A DNA stretch of 64,000 bases from Micavibrio sp. UBA2400 (GTDB lineage: Bacteria > Pseudomonadota > Alphaproteobacteria > UBA2400), in NCBI GenBank assembly GCA_002343265.1, contig DDSC01000031.1, positions 5,614-69,613 of the forward strand, read 5' to 3'. The notes under the pieces were generated by a model. It did not search any database, was not told the DNA's origin, and worked only from the letters and a program-made list of their open reading frames with translations. The position numbers and the translations under genes are program-made. Within the stretch, counting starts at the first letter, position 1, and every line of letters starts with the position of its first letter. Shown here piece after piece: positions 12,526-22,198 of this stretch.

Positions 12526-12849
12526 ATGCAACTGCTCCTGACACTTCCGCTTCGGCTCTTTGCCCGCCTTCTGCGCTCGGGCAGTGCTATTGTCGGCAGT
12601 TTTCTTGTTCTGTATTTTGCCCTGTTCGCTTTTGAAGGCGACCGTGGCTATTCCACCTATCGCGCGACCAGCCAGCAGGTAACCGAGGCCGAGGCTAAGC
12701 TGGCTGAGGTGAGGGCCGAGCGTTTGGCTATTGAACGTAAGGTTGTTGCCCTGCGCCCGGATAGCATCGACCCGGATCTGCTGGACGAGCAGGTCCGGCG
12801 TGAGCTTGGCTACGTCAAGCGTGACGAGATTGTCATTCTCGGGCGATAA
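12526..12849 (+). CDS. ftsB: Septum formation initiator FtsB/DivIC family
   Basis: 107 aa: N-terminal TM, a coiled coil (AEAKLAEVRAERLAIERKV), and a C-terminal DPDLLDEQVRRELGYVKRDEIVI. Conserved eno-ftsB-pdhA position. Confidence 0.7.
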   Translation: MQLLLTLPLRLFARLLRSGSAIVGSFLVLYFALFAFEGDRGYSTYRATSQQVTEAEAKLAEVRAERLAIERKVVALRPDSIDPDLLDEQVRRELGYVKRDEIVILGR

Positions 12850-12859
12850 GCCCGTTTTT
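12840..12859 (+). terminator. Possible short intrinsic terminator after ftsB
   Basis: CGGGC-gataa-GCCCG followed by TTTTT. The stop codon lies in the loop and the stem is only 5 bp. Confidence 0.35.
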
Positions 12860-12980
12860 GTGCGCCGCACCATTTCTTGTATCGCAAACCTTTGATCGGC
12901 TTGAAAAATTACCTCAGGCGCGTTAATTAATGCCGCGTCAATCTTGGAGTATTTCTGGGAGTTTTTCAGGGAGTTTTTTC

Positions 12981-13991
12981 ATGTCTGTTGCCCCCGCCAC
13001 GATCGGCCACAATTCAAAACTGCCACCGCCGACCCGCGAGCAGTATCTGAAGTGGTTTCGTGACATGCTGCTTATCCGCCGTTTCGATGAAAAGGCGGGG
13101 CAGCTTTACGGCATGGGCCTGATTGGCGGCTTCTGCCATCTGGCCATCGGTCAGGAGGCGGTTGCGGTCGGTGTGCAAAGCGTTCTGAACCCGCAGGATA
13201 CCGTTATCACCGCTTACCGCGCCCGCGGTCAGATTTTTGCCTGTGGCATGGATCCGCGCGAAATCATGGCCGAGCTGACAGGCCGGGCGACAGGCAACGC
13301 CAAGGGGAAGGGCGGCTCGATGCATATGTTTGACCGCGAGAAGGGCTTTTATGGTGGTCACGGCATTGTCGGTGCGCAGGTCCCGATCGGGGCGGGCTTG
13401 GCCTTCTCACACAAGTATAAGAAGGATGGCGGCCTGTGCGTGACCTATTTTGGTGATGGGGCCGCCAATCAGGGTCAGGTTTATGAAGCCATGAATATGG
13501 CCGCACTGTGGAAATTGCCGTGCCTGTTCGTGGTTGAGAATAACCATTACGCCATGGGCACCTCGGTCGAGCGTTCGGCGGCGGGTGAATTCTTCCGCCG
13601 TGGCGAAGGCTTTGGCATTCCCGGCAAGCGGGTCGATGGCATGGACATTCTGGCTGTGCGCGAGGCAGCCGCTGAAGCGGTGACTCATATCCGCGCGGGG
13701 AACGGTCCTTTGCTTTTGGAAATCGAGACCTATCGTTATCGTGGTCATTCCATGTCCGATCCCGGCAAGTACCGCAGCAAGGAAGAGGTTGAGAAATATA
13801 AGACTGAACTTGATCCGATTGAGCTGTTGCGGCCCAAGATGCTTGCTTCCGGCATCAAGGAGGATGAGATCAAGGCGATTGAGGCCGAGATCAAAGCTGT
13901 CGTGCAGGACGCAACCGATTTTGCCACCCAAAGCCCCGAGCCAAATCCGGCCGAGCTGTGGACCGATGTATTGATTGAAGGGGATAAGTAA
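12981..13991 (+). CDS. pdhA: Pyruvate dehydrogenase E1 alpha subunit
   Basis: ORF 12930..13991; the preferred start is the ATG at 12981, preceded by GGGAG. Motifs [35 protein letters not shown]. Confidence 0.93.
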   Translation: MSVAPATIGHNSKLPPPTREQYLKWFRDMLLIRRFDEKAGQLYGMGLIGGFCHLAIGQEAVAVGVQSVLNPQDTVITAYRARGQIFACGMDPREIMAELTGRATGNAKGKGGSMHMFDREKGFYGGHGIVGAQVPIGAGLAFSHKYKKDGGLCVTYFGDGAANQGQVYEAMNMAALWKLPCLFVVENNHYAMGTSVERSAAGEFFRRGEGFGIPGKRVDGMDILAVREAAAEAVTHIRAGNGPLLLEIETYRYRGHSMSDPGKYRSKEEVEKYKTELDPIELLRPKMLASGIKEDEIKAIEAEIKAVVQDATDFATQSPEPNPAELWTDVLIEGDK

Positions 13992-13993
13992 TC

Positions 13994-15370
13994 ATGGCAA
14001 CGCAAGTTCTTATGCCCGCCCTGTCGCCCACCATGACCGAGGGCAAGCTGGCCAAGTGGAAAAAACGCGAGGGCGATAATGTGCGTGCGGGCGATGTTAT
14101 CGCCGAGATCGAAACCGACAAAGCCACCATGGAAGTGGAGGCGGTGGACGAGGGGACACTGGCCAAGATTCTGGTGGCCGAAGGCACCGAGGGTGTGAAG
14201 GTAAATGCGCCCATCGCTGTGCTGGTCGATGCCGGTGAGAAATTTGATGTGTCCAAGCTCGCTGCGCCGGCTAATGCCAACGCCGCCGTGTCAGCTCCAC
14301 CCCCAGCCGCGGCTCCTGCGCAAAGCTATATTCCGGTTGGTCCGGCCAGCGCCCCCGCTCCGGTTGAAAAGACCTATACCGGTGCGATGGTGAAAATGAC
14401 TGTACGCGAAGCCCTGCGCGAAGGCATGGCCGAGGAAATGCGCCGCGATAAGGATGTGTTTTTGCTTGGTGAAGAAGTGGCGCAGTATGATGGTGCCTAT
14501 AAAGTCTCGCAAGGCATGCTCAAGGAGTTTGGTCCCGAGCGGATCATCGACAGCCCGATCACCGAAATGGGCTTCGCTGGCCTTGGTGTTGGAGCCGCGT
14601 TCCATGGCCTCAAACCGATCATCGAATTCATGACCATGAACTTTGCCTTACAGGCGATTGACCATATCCTGAACTCGGCGGCCAAGACGCTGTATATGAG
14701 CGGCGGCAAGATGGGCTGCCCCATCGTGTTCCGGGGTCCCAATGGCGCACCCGGCAAGGTAGCTGCCCAGCATAGTCAGTGTTTTGCTAGCTGGTACGGG
14801 CACATTCCCGGCCTCAAGGTGGTGGCACCGTGGAGCGCCGCCGATGCCAAGGGGCTGATGAAAGCGGCTATTCGTGACCCCAATCCGGTGGTGGTGCTGG
14901 AAAACGAGATCATGTATGGCCAGAGCTTTGATGTTCCGGCTGATCCCGATTTCATTGTTCCGATTGGTAAAGCCAAAATCGAGCGTGAGGGTAATCATGT
15001 GACTCTAGTGAGTTACTCGCGCATGGTGGGCGTGTGTCTGCAGGCCGCCGAGCAGCTGGCCGCTATGGGGATTGAAGCCGAGGTCATCAATCTGCGCACC
15101 ATCCGCCCGATGGATACCCAAGCCATCCTCGACAGTGTGCGCAAAACCAACCGCATCGTTGCGGTGGAGGAAGGCTGGGCCTTTGCCGGCATTGGCTCCG
15201 AGATCGCCGCTGTCGTGAATGAACAGGCATTCGATCATCTTGATGCCCCGGTGCTGCGCGTGTGTGGCAAGGATGTCCCGATGCCCTATGCGGCTAATCT
15301 CGAAAAGCTCGCGCTGCCTCAGGTTGAGGACATTATCGCTGCTGTGAAAACTGTAACCTATAAGGCCTGA
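13994..15370 (+). CDS. pdhB: Pyruvate dehydrogenase E1 beta subunit with N-terminal lipoyl domain
   Basis: An N-terminal biotin/lipoyl domain ([12 protein letters not shown]) and Ala/Pro linker, then the transketolase-like beta subunit (DSPITEMGF..). Confidence 0.95.
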   Translation: MATQVLMPALSPTMTEGKLAKWKKREGDNVRAGDVIAEIETDKATMEVEAVDEGTLAKILVAEGTEGVKVNAPIAVLVDAGEKFDVSKLAAPANANAAVSAPPPAAAPAQSYIPVGPASAPAPVEKTYTGAMVKMTVREALREGMAEEMRRDKDVFLLGEEVAQYDGAYKVSQGMLKEFGPERIIDSPITEMGFAGLGVGAAFHGLKPIIEFMTMNFALQAIDHILNSAAKTLYMSGGKMGCPIVFRGPNGAPGKVAAQHSQCFASWYGHIPGLKVVAPWSAADAKGLMKAAIRDPNPVVVLENEIMYGQSFDVPADPDFIVPIGKAKIEREGNHVTLVSYSRMVGVCLQAAEQLAAMGIEAEVINLRTIRPMDTQAILDSVRKTNRIVAVEEGWAFAGIGSEIAAVVNEQAFDHLDAPVLRVCGKDVPMPYAANLEKLALPQVEDIIAAVKTVTYKA

Positions 15371-15373
15371 CCC

Positions 15374-16642
15374 ATGCCCATCAATATCCTCATGCCCGCA
15401 CTTTCCCCCACCATGACGGAGGGCACCTTGGCCAAATGGCACAAAAGCGAGGGCGATGTCATCAAGGCCGGGCAGGTGATTGCCGAAATTGAAACCGATA
15501 AGGCCACCATGGAAGTGGAAGCGGTGGATGAGGGCAAGCTCGGTAAAATTCTGGTGCCAGCGGGTACGGCAGGTGTGAAGGTGAATGCACCGATTGCTGT
15601 ATTGTTGGCCGATAATGAGAATGTCGCCGATATCAAGGCGGTTGCGCCCGCACCACCACAGTCGGCGCCGGTTACGGCTGCGCCCGCGTCAGCCCCAATC
15701 GCTTCCGTTACGCCGGCCGTCTTAGCCCCGGCCTCGGCACAGGCACCTCAGGGCAGTCGTGTGTTTGCCACCCCGCTGGCACGGCGCATTGCTGCCGATA
15801 AAGGTGTCAATCTCTCCAACATTCAGGGCACTGGTCCGCATGGCCGCATCACCAAGGCCGATGTGGAAGGAGCACAGGTTTCCAATCTCCCGGCGCGCAT
15901 TCCCGGCACCATGGCTATGGGCTCGTCCAGCAGCGCGATTGCCGCAACCATGGATAAGCTCGGCCAGCGCTATCAGGCGATTCCGCATAACAACATCAAG
16001 AAGGTCACAGCCAAGCGCTTACAGGAGTCCAAGCAGACGATCCCGCACTTCTATCTGTCGGTGGATTGCCAGATTGACCAGCTTTTGGCCATGCGCAAGC
16101 GGATCAATGCGACAGGTCTTAAGGTCAGTGTGAACGATTTTGTTGTGCGTGCGGTGGCGCTAGCGCTGCGCGAAATTCCAGCCGCCAATTCAGCGTGGAC
16201 CGATGAAGCCTTGTTGATGTTTGAAGATGTGGATATTTCGGTTGCTGTTGCTACTCCCAACGGTTTGATTACACCTATTGTCAAAAAGGCGGATCTGAAG
16301 GGGCTGGCGGCTATTTCTGAGGAAGTGCGCGAACTGGCTGGACGGGCCAAGGAAGGCAAGCTGAAACCGGAAGAATTCATGGGTGGCGGATTTACCATAT
16401 CCAACCTTGGAATGTTCGGGATCAAGGAGTTTGCGGCTATTATCAACCCCCCGCAAAGCTGTATTCTGGCGGTCGGCGCTGGGGAACAGCGCCCCGTGGT
16501 GGTGGATGGCAAGATTGAGGTGGCAACTGTCATGAGTTGCACCCTCTCGTGCGACCATCGCTCAGTCGATGGCGCTGTCGGGGCCGAGTTCCTGACCGCT
16601 TTCAAGCGCCGGATTGAAGACCCGGCCCTGATGCTGTTGTGA
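15374..16642 (+). CDS. pdhC: Dihydrolipoamide acetyltransferase (PDH E2)
   Basis: Lipoyl domain, E3-binding domain ([17 protein letters not shown]) and a catalytic domain with CDHRSVDGA. Confidence 0.95.
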   Translation: MPINILMPALSPTMTEGTLAKWHKSEGDVIKAGQVIAEIETDKATMEVEAVDEGKLGKILVPAGTAGVKVNAPIAVLLADNENVADIKAVAPAPPQSAPVTAAPASAPIASVTPAVLAPASAQAPQGSRVFATPLARRIAADKGVNLSNIQGTGPHGRITKADVEGAQVSNLPARIPGTMAMGSSSSAIAATMDKLGQRYQAIPHNNIKKVTAKRLQESKQTIPHFYLSVDCQIDQLLAMRKRINATGLKVSVNDFVVRAVALALREIPAANSAWTDEALLMFEDVDISVAVATPNGLITPIVKKADLKGLAAISEEVRELAGRAKEGKLKPEEFMGGGFTISNLGMFGIKEFAAIINPPQSCILAVGAGEQRPVVVDGKIEVATVMSCTLSCDHRSVDGAVGAEFLTAFKRRIEDPALMLL

Positions 16643-16649
16643 GGATTTT

Positions 16650-17003
16650 ATGGGTCTGAATCTCAAGGAACTGGTTGAGCTGGCCATGCTGGATGCGGTG
16701 ATGGATAAGCCGCTCACGCTTGACCATCTGATGGGGGTTGGCGGCATGTGGCATGAGCTGAGTGGCCGCAGTGATGTGCGTAGCCAGATGGCTGGGGCGC
16801 TCTCGCAAATGCTCGACGCGGGTGAGTTTACCGTGCGCGAAATTGGTGGCTCCAATCACGCACCGCTTACAGGTGGTGAGGCTGCCATGCTGTTCCAGCG
16901 CGCCTCGGCCACGCCTGACCAACTCGCTACGGTGGAGGTGACCATCACTGACACCGGCAAGGCCCATTACAAGACGTTAGCTCATAGGTATTACAATGGA
17001 TAA
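16650..17003 (+). CDS. Hypothetical protein embedded in the pdh operon
   Basis: 117-aa ORF between pdhC and lpdA, starting 8 nt after the pdhC stop and overlapping the lpdA start by 8 nt. I recognise no motif. Confidence 0.45.
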   Translation: MGLNLKELVELAMLDAVMDKPLTLDHLMGVGGMWHELSGRSDVRSQMAGALSQMLDAGEFTVREIGGSNHAPLTGGEAAMLFQRASATPDQLATVEVTITDTGKAHYKTLAHRYYNG

Positions 17004-18384
17004 ATTTGATGTTGTGGTCATTGGTGGCGGCCCCGGCGGCTACGTCACAGCCATTCGCGCAGCCCAGCTTAAAATGTCAGTGGCCTTGGTGGAGGCCAAT
17101 CATCTAGGCGGTATTTGCCTCAATTGGGGTTGCATCCCGACCAAGGCCTTGTTGCGTTCGGCGGAAGTGTTCCATCTCATGTCTCACGCTTCAGCTTATG
17201 GCTTGGCGGCAGACAATATCCGCTTTGACCTGAAAAAAATTGTCGAGCGCTCGCGCGGCGTGGCCAGCCAGCTTAGTGCCGGGGTGAAGCATCTGCTCAA
17301 GAAGAACAAAGTCACGGTCTATGATGGCCATGGCAAGCTGCTTGGTAAAGGCAAAATATCGGTTGAGGGCAAAACCCCGGCAACGCTTGAGGCCAAGCAT
17401 ATCATCCTTGCCACGGGTGCGCGCGCCCGCGTGCTGCCCAATCTGGAGCCGGATGGAAAACTGGTCTGGACCTATAAAGAAGCGATGACACCTGACCGGA
17501 TGCCCAGGAGCCTGCTGGTGGTCGGTTCCGGTGCGATTGGCATTGAGTTTGCCAGCTTCTATCGCACCCTTGGCGCTGACGTGACGGTGGTTGAGGTGAT
17601 GGACCGCGTTTTGCCGGTGGAAGACGAAGAAATTTCGGCCTTCGCCTGTAAAGCCTTTGAGAAGCAAGGCATGAAGATCATGACCGGAGCCAAAGTGGCT
17701 AAGCTCACGAAAGGCGCTGATAGCGTGACGGCCACTATTGAAGTAGGTGGCAAGGTCGAGACGATTACGGTCGAGCGCGTGATCTCCGCCGTTGGCATTA
17801 CCGGCAATGTTGAGACACTCGGTCTTGAAGGCACCGGCGTTAAGGTGGATCGCGGCCATGTGGTGATTGACGAATGGTGCCGCACGGGTGAGCCGGGCGT
17901 TTATGCTATTGGCGATCTCGCTGGGCCGCCATGGCTTGCCCACAAGGCTAGCCATGAAGGCGTCATGTGCGTTGAGAAGATTGCGGGTGTGGCGGGCGTT
18001 CATCCGCTGGATATCAGTAAGATTCCAGGTTGTACCTATTGCTATCCGCAAGTGGCGTCCGTTGGCCTGACGGAAGCCAAAGCCAAAGCCGCTGGCTATA
18101 GTGTGAAGGTTGGCAAGTTTCCCTTCATGGGCAATGGCAAGGCGATTGCGCTCGGCGAGCCGGAGGGGTTAGTCAAAACGGTTTATGACGCCAAAACGGG
18201 CGAGCTGTTGGGCGCACATATGATCGGCGCGGAAGTTACCGAATTGATTCAGGGTTTTGGTATTGCGCGCACTATGGAAGCCACCGAGGCCGAACTGATG
18301 CACACGGTTTTCCCGCACCCGACGCTCTCGGAAATGATGCACGAGGCAACGCTGGATGCCTTTGGTAAGGTCATTCACTTCTAA
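16996..18384 (+). CDS. lpdA: Dihydrolipoyl dehydrogenase (E3)
   Basis: GGGPGGY FAD motif, redox-active CLNWGCIPTK, and C-terminal HPTLSE. Confidence 0.95.
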   Translation: MDKFDVVVIGGGPGGYVTAIRAAQLKMSVALVEANHLGGICLNWGCIPTKALLRSAEVFHLMSHASAYGLAADNIRFDLKKIVERSRGVASQLSAGVKHLLKKNKVTVYDGHGKLLGKGKISVEGKTPATLEAKHIILATGARARVLPNLEPDGKLVWTYKEAMTPDRMPRSLLVVGSGAIGIEFASFYRTLGADVTVVEVMDRVLPVEDEEISAFACKAFEKQGMKIMTGAKVAKLTKGADSVTATIEVGGKVETITVERVISAVGITGNVETLGLEGTGVKVDRGHVVIDEWCRTGEPGVYAIGDLAGPPWLAHKASHEGVMCVEKIAGVAGVHPLDISKIPGCTYCYPQVASVGLTEAKAKAAGYSVKVGKFPFMGNGKAIALGEPEGLVKTVYDAKTGELLGAHMIGAEVTELIQGFGIARTMEATEAELMHTVFPHPTLSEMMHEATLDAFGKVIHF

Positions 18385-18838
18385 CCTGATCCCGACTGCT
18401 ATTTTTAGAGATCGCCTCGGCGAGGCGGCCAAAAAACGCATCCGCCAGCTCCTTCGCCATACCTTGGGCGAGGTTGATCGCCTTGTCGAGGAGCTTAATA
18501 CCAATATGCACGTCTGCCTCATAGTGCAGGTGTGTACCGGTATCCACAGCTTCCAGCCACACCTTTGCCTGCCCTTGCGCCGTGCCCAGCCAGCTCTTGG
18601 CGATGATGGCAATGCTATAGCTTGTGGGCGGCGTGACCTCGCTGAGGGTTATTTCTCCCTCAAAACTTGTTTTGAACGGACCGATTTTCACAACTGCCCG
18701 GCCTAGCCAGTAGTCGGGCCGCACACGCTCAATCACGTCGCATTGAGGGATGCAGGCCTTTAGTGTGGCCGGGTCATAAATCGCCGCCCAGACCTGCGCG
18801 GGAGGGACAGAAAAGGGATAGCTGCCGCTGATCTTCAT
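18371..18838 (-). CDS. SRPBCC-fold CoxG-like protein
   Basis: 155 aa. MKISGSYPFSVPPAQVWAAIYDPATLKACIP matches the CoxG / carbon monoxide dehydrogenase subunit G family pattern. Convergent 14-nt overlap with lpdA. Confidence 0.7.
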   Translation of the reverse strand: MKISGSYPFSVPPAQVWAAIYDPATLKACIPQCDVIERVRPDYWLGRAVVKIGPFKTSFEGEITLSEVTPPTSYSIAIIAKSWLGTAQGQAKVWLEAVDTGTHLHYEADVHIGIKLLDKAINLAQGMAKELADAFFGRLAEAISKNSSRDQVRSE

Positions 18839-18938
18839 GCCCCAGTCTAGCCGATCACCCGGGCTTTATACAGCTCCATGCTTGCCCTGAACGCAAACAC
18901 GCTTATATTTGTGGACGTACTAGGAGGCGACATAACTC

Positions 18939-20294
18939 ATGCCGAATTCCGCACCGGGTGTTCACTACGCCCCGCTCGAGAAAATTTTTACTAAACTGAT
19001 TAGCCCGATGGAGCGTTTTGTTCATCGTCAAAGCTCAAGCGGTATTCTGCTGATGCTGACCACGGTGCTGGCGTTGATTCTGGCTAATTCAGCTCTGTCC
19101 GGCCTTTATTTCGCACTCAAGGAAATTCCTGTTGCGGTTGGTTTTGGCGTCTTCATTCTCAGCAAGCCGCTATTGCTGTGGGTCAATGACCTGCTGATGG
19201 CATTTTTCTTTTTCGTTGTTGGGCTTGAGCTGAAGCGTGAGCTGCTGTTCGGCGAGTTGGCGAGTTGGCGCAAGGCCGCGCTACCGGCAGTCGCAGCGTT
19301 GGGAGGCATGGTTGTTCCTGCCGCTATTTACTTTCTGTTTAATCCATCGGGCCCGACCTCGGCCGGCTGGGCGATTCCCATGGCGACTGATATCGCCTTT
19401 GCGATCGGTGTGCTGGTTCTGCTCGGCTCGCGTGTCCCCAAGGCGCTCATGGCGTTTCTGGTCGCGATTGCTATCATTGATGATCTGGGCGCGGTCACGG
19501 TCATCGCCCTGTTCTATAGCGAAAATATCTCGCTGCACTACCTGCTGGCGGCGGCTGCCATCATGGCGCTTATGTATATATTCAATCGGGCCGGTGTGCG
19601 CCGGGCAGTACCGTACTTCATTCTGGCGATGGGCTTGTGGTTTGTTCTGCTCAAATCTGGCATTCACCCGACGCTCGCTGGCGTGATTGGTGCTTTTCTG
19701 CTGCCGGCGCGTCCCCGTTACGACCCGATCTATTTTAGCAGCAAAGCCAAAGCACTCCTGACACAGTTTGACTCCAGTTATGCCGATAATCCAACGCTCG
19801 TAAAGAATGAGAAAATGCGAGAGCTGGTAGAGACCCTGGATCGTGCTGTGCAGAACGTCAGCACGCCATCGCAGCGGCTTGAGCATATATGGCACTTGCC
19901 GGTAGCGTATCTAGTCGTGCCGCTGTTCGCGTTTATTAATGCTGGTATCACTCTTGATGTATCGGCGATGCGTGGTCTAACGGCAGACCCTGTCTTTCTG
20001 GGCGTTTTCTTTGGTCTGCTGCTGGGCAAGTTTATCGGTATCTTTGGGTTTAGTTGGCTGGTTGTTCGCGCGGGCTGGTTACAATTACCCGAAGGGGTTA
20101 ATTTCCAGCATGTTGCGGGCATGGCCTTGCTCGCGGGCATTGGCTTTACTATGTCCATTTTTATCAGCTCGCTCGCGTTCCCATTCGCGCCCGAGCTTTT
20201 GACGATGGCCAAGACGGGCATTCTGGCGGCCTCTCTGGTTGCGGGCGTGTTGGGAAGTCTGCTGTTGATTCTGGCGGCACGGCAGGGACGCTAA
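18939..20294 (+). CDS. nhaA: Na+/H+ antiporter NhaA
   Basis: 451 aa, polytopic. WAIPMATDIAFA and AIIDDLGAV motifs. Confidence 0.9.
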   Translation: MPNSAPGVHYAPLEKIFTKLISPMERFVHRQSSSGILLMLTTVLALILANSALSGLYFALKEIPVAVGFGVFILSKPLLLWVNDLLMAFFFFVVGLELKRELLFGELASWRKAALPAVAALGGMVVPAAIYFLFNPSGPTSAGWAIPMATDIAFAIGVLVLLGSRVPKALMAFLVAIAIIDDLGAVTVIALFYSENISLHYLLAAAAIMALMYIFNRAGVRRAVPYFILAMGLWFVLLKSGIHPTLAGVIGAFLLPARPRYDPIYFSSKAKALLTQFDSSYADNPTLVKNEKMRELVETLDRAVQNVSTPSQRLEHIWHLPVAYLVVPLFAFINAGITLDVSAMRGLTADPVFLGVFFGLLLGKFIGIFGFSWLVVRAGWLQLPEGVNFQHVAGMALLAGIGFTMSIFISSLAFPFAPELLTMAKTGILAASLVAGVLGSLLLILAARQGR

Positions 20295-20389
20295 AGTCTT
20301 GTATTTCAAAGGGTTGTCTCTACGGTTAATCCCGGTTTAACGGGCCATGTGATTGAATAGGCTAGTATATTCAAACGCATGAGATTGTT

Positions 20390-22099
20390 GTGAGCCGGAA
20401 GCAGCCACCCAAACCACCGCCTGAAAAGCTCTATGAGATTGAGCGGCGTGACCCCACCCGGGCTGAACTGCGGGTTTTGCTTGATGCCGCGGTCGCAACA
20501 GGCGTACGTCCTGGTTTGCTGGGAGCTATCGTAAATCTTGAAAGTGCCGGGACATGGCATCCGCTTATTCGCCCTCCTAAAAAAGGAACACCAGCCGCAA
20601 AAATCAGCGAAACCGGTCGCGTGGTGGTCGATCCGGCCGGAACGGCAGTTGGGATCGCGCAATATACCGAGCCAACCTTTGCCATGAGTATTTACAAATC
20701 AGGCGAGCAGATCATTCGTAACGCGCGGCTCGATCAGGTTGCGCCCGAACAAGCCGCCATCATTCGCGCGGCGATGCTGAAGATGAAAACGGCTCCCGCC
20801 TTGGCTGGCAAGCTCGATTGGAACAAATTCGATAGCTATGTTGATGCGAACCGCCACACGCCTGAGATCCAGAAACTAATGACGTTGCGGTCTGATCCTA
20901 CGGGGCGGGTGCCGCTGCACACGCTCGCGATAGATGCGAAAGGCTATCAAAATGAAGTGAGCGAGCACGGGTTTGAAGCGAATGCCACCAACACCTACGC
21001 TTTGCACTTCCATTCGATCGGATTTCTCAAAGATCTAAACAGAAAAGCTGATCACAAGCTCGGGGAAGACTCTAAATATGGTCTGGCTGCCTTGGCTAAT
21101 GGTGGTGTTTTTGGCGATGCGGTTAAGGGCACCAGCCGGACTGGAGCCCAAATCTATGCAGATTTGTCCAATAAAATCAGCGATGCTCACGCGTCCAATT
21201 TTGAAAAAAAATTCTATGGGCGTGACTTCGGTCTTGATCAGGACAGAGGGAAGCCTCGTACGTTTCGTGACCGGAGCGGGCAGCCTGTTCCTGTTCGTGC
21301 TGATTTGATTGTGCCACAACTTCGTCTCGATCAGTTTCCACCACTATGGGCGCAGCTGAATCCTAAAGTTGAAACACCAGATCGCCTAGCCTCAACCCTC
21401 CACATGTTGGAGCGGCTCGGGTACGATCATGGCCGCAAGCCACCGACCGATTTTAATAATCCGCGTCTTAAAGTTATGATCAGCACCTACAAGCAGCAGG
21501 CGGGGCTGCCATATCCAGAGGCAGGGCTGGATACAGCTACCGAGGCGCATCTGAAACAAGCCGTGGCACGTCTGGATTACTACGCGGCATTGCAAGCTAA
21601 GCAAAGGCGTCTTGCGGCGGATTCCCCCAATCTGGTCGATATCCAGAAGATCCAGAATGATCGCAAAAGTCCGCTACCGCCGGATAAACGACAGGCGGTC
21701 GATCAGTATGTGATTGAGATCAAAGGTCACTTGGCATCGCAGGGTTTCTTGCCTTTGCCACCCAAGGGTAGAAATTTTGATGGCCGTGTCGACAGAGCGA
21801 TGCTTTCGGCCCTGTCAGAGTTCCAACTCAGCAAAGGGCTGCTGAATACCAAGGGTGTTTATGACAAGGTCACGGGCGCGATGCTGATGGGTATTGATCC
21901 CGCTCGCGTTGTCGGTCTGCTGGATGATGAGGTGAGAACCAGCCAAGCAGCCCCGTCACAAGACTTCAACACCCTAGCTGATCGTGGCGTAGTTCAGACG
22001 GCGGCGCTGGCGCAGAGCCTGCAAGTCGACGAACTGCCTGCAGCGCCGCAAAGCGGGCAGGGGCCTACCACACGGCGTGATGCCCCGCGGCATGGATAA
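20390..22099 (+). CDS. Lytic-transglycosylase-like protein with two peptidoglycan-binding-like repeats
   Basis: GTG start, 569 aa, no signal peptide. The N-terminal region carries the SLT-like pattern LGAIVNLESAG .. AVGIAQYT. The C-terminal half has two PG_binding_1-like repeats (STYKQQAGLPYPEAGLDTATEAHL; LSALSEFQLSKGLLNTKGVYDKVTGAML). Confidence 0.5.
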   Translation: MSRKQPPKPPPEKLYEIERRDPTRAELRVLLDAAVATGVRPGLLGAIVNLESAGTWHPLIRPPKKGTPAAKISETGRVVVDPAGTAVGIAQYTEPTFAMSIYKSGEQIIRNARLDQVAPEQAAIIRAAMLKMKTAPALAGKLDWNKFDSYVDANRHTPEIQKLMTLRSDPTGRVPLHTLAIDAKGYQNEVSEHGFEANATNTYALHFHSIGFLKDLNRKADHKLGEDSKYGLAALANGGVFGDAVKGTSRTGAQIYADLSNKISDAHASNFEKKFYGRDFGLDQDRGKPRTFRDRSGQPVPVRADLIVPQLRLDQFPPLWAQLNPKVETPDRLASTLHMLERLGYDHGRKPPTDFNNPRLKVMISTYKQQAGLPYPEAGLDTATEAHLKQAVARLDYYAALQAKQRRLAADSPNLVDIQKIQNDRKSPLPPDKRQAVDQYVIEIKGHLASQGFLPLPPKGRNFDGRVDRAMLSALSEFQLSKGLLNTKGVYDKVTGAMLMGIDPARVVGLLDDEVRTSQAAPSQDFNTLADRGVVQTAALAQSLQVDELPAAPQSGQGPTTRRDAPRHG

Positions 22100-22198
22100 T
22101 ATATTATAAAACAGTAAGTTATGCCAATTTTAGCGGAATGGTAACAGCCACTGGTTAGGATGAAGTAACTCTATTTTTTGAAAGATCAGCCCGGCACC

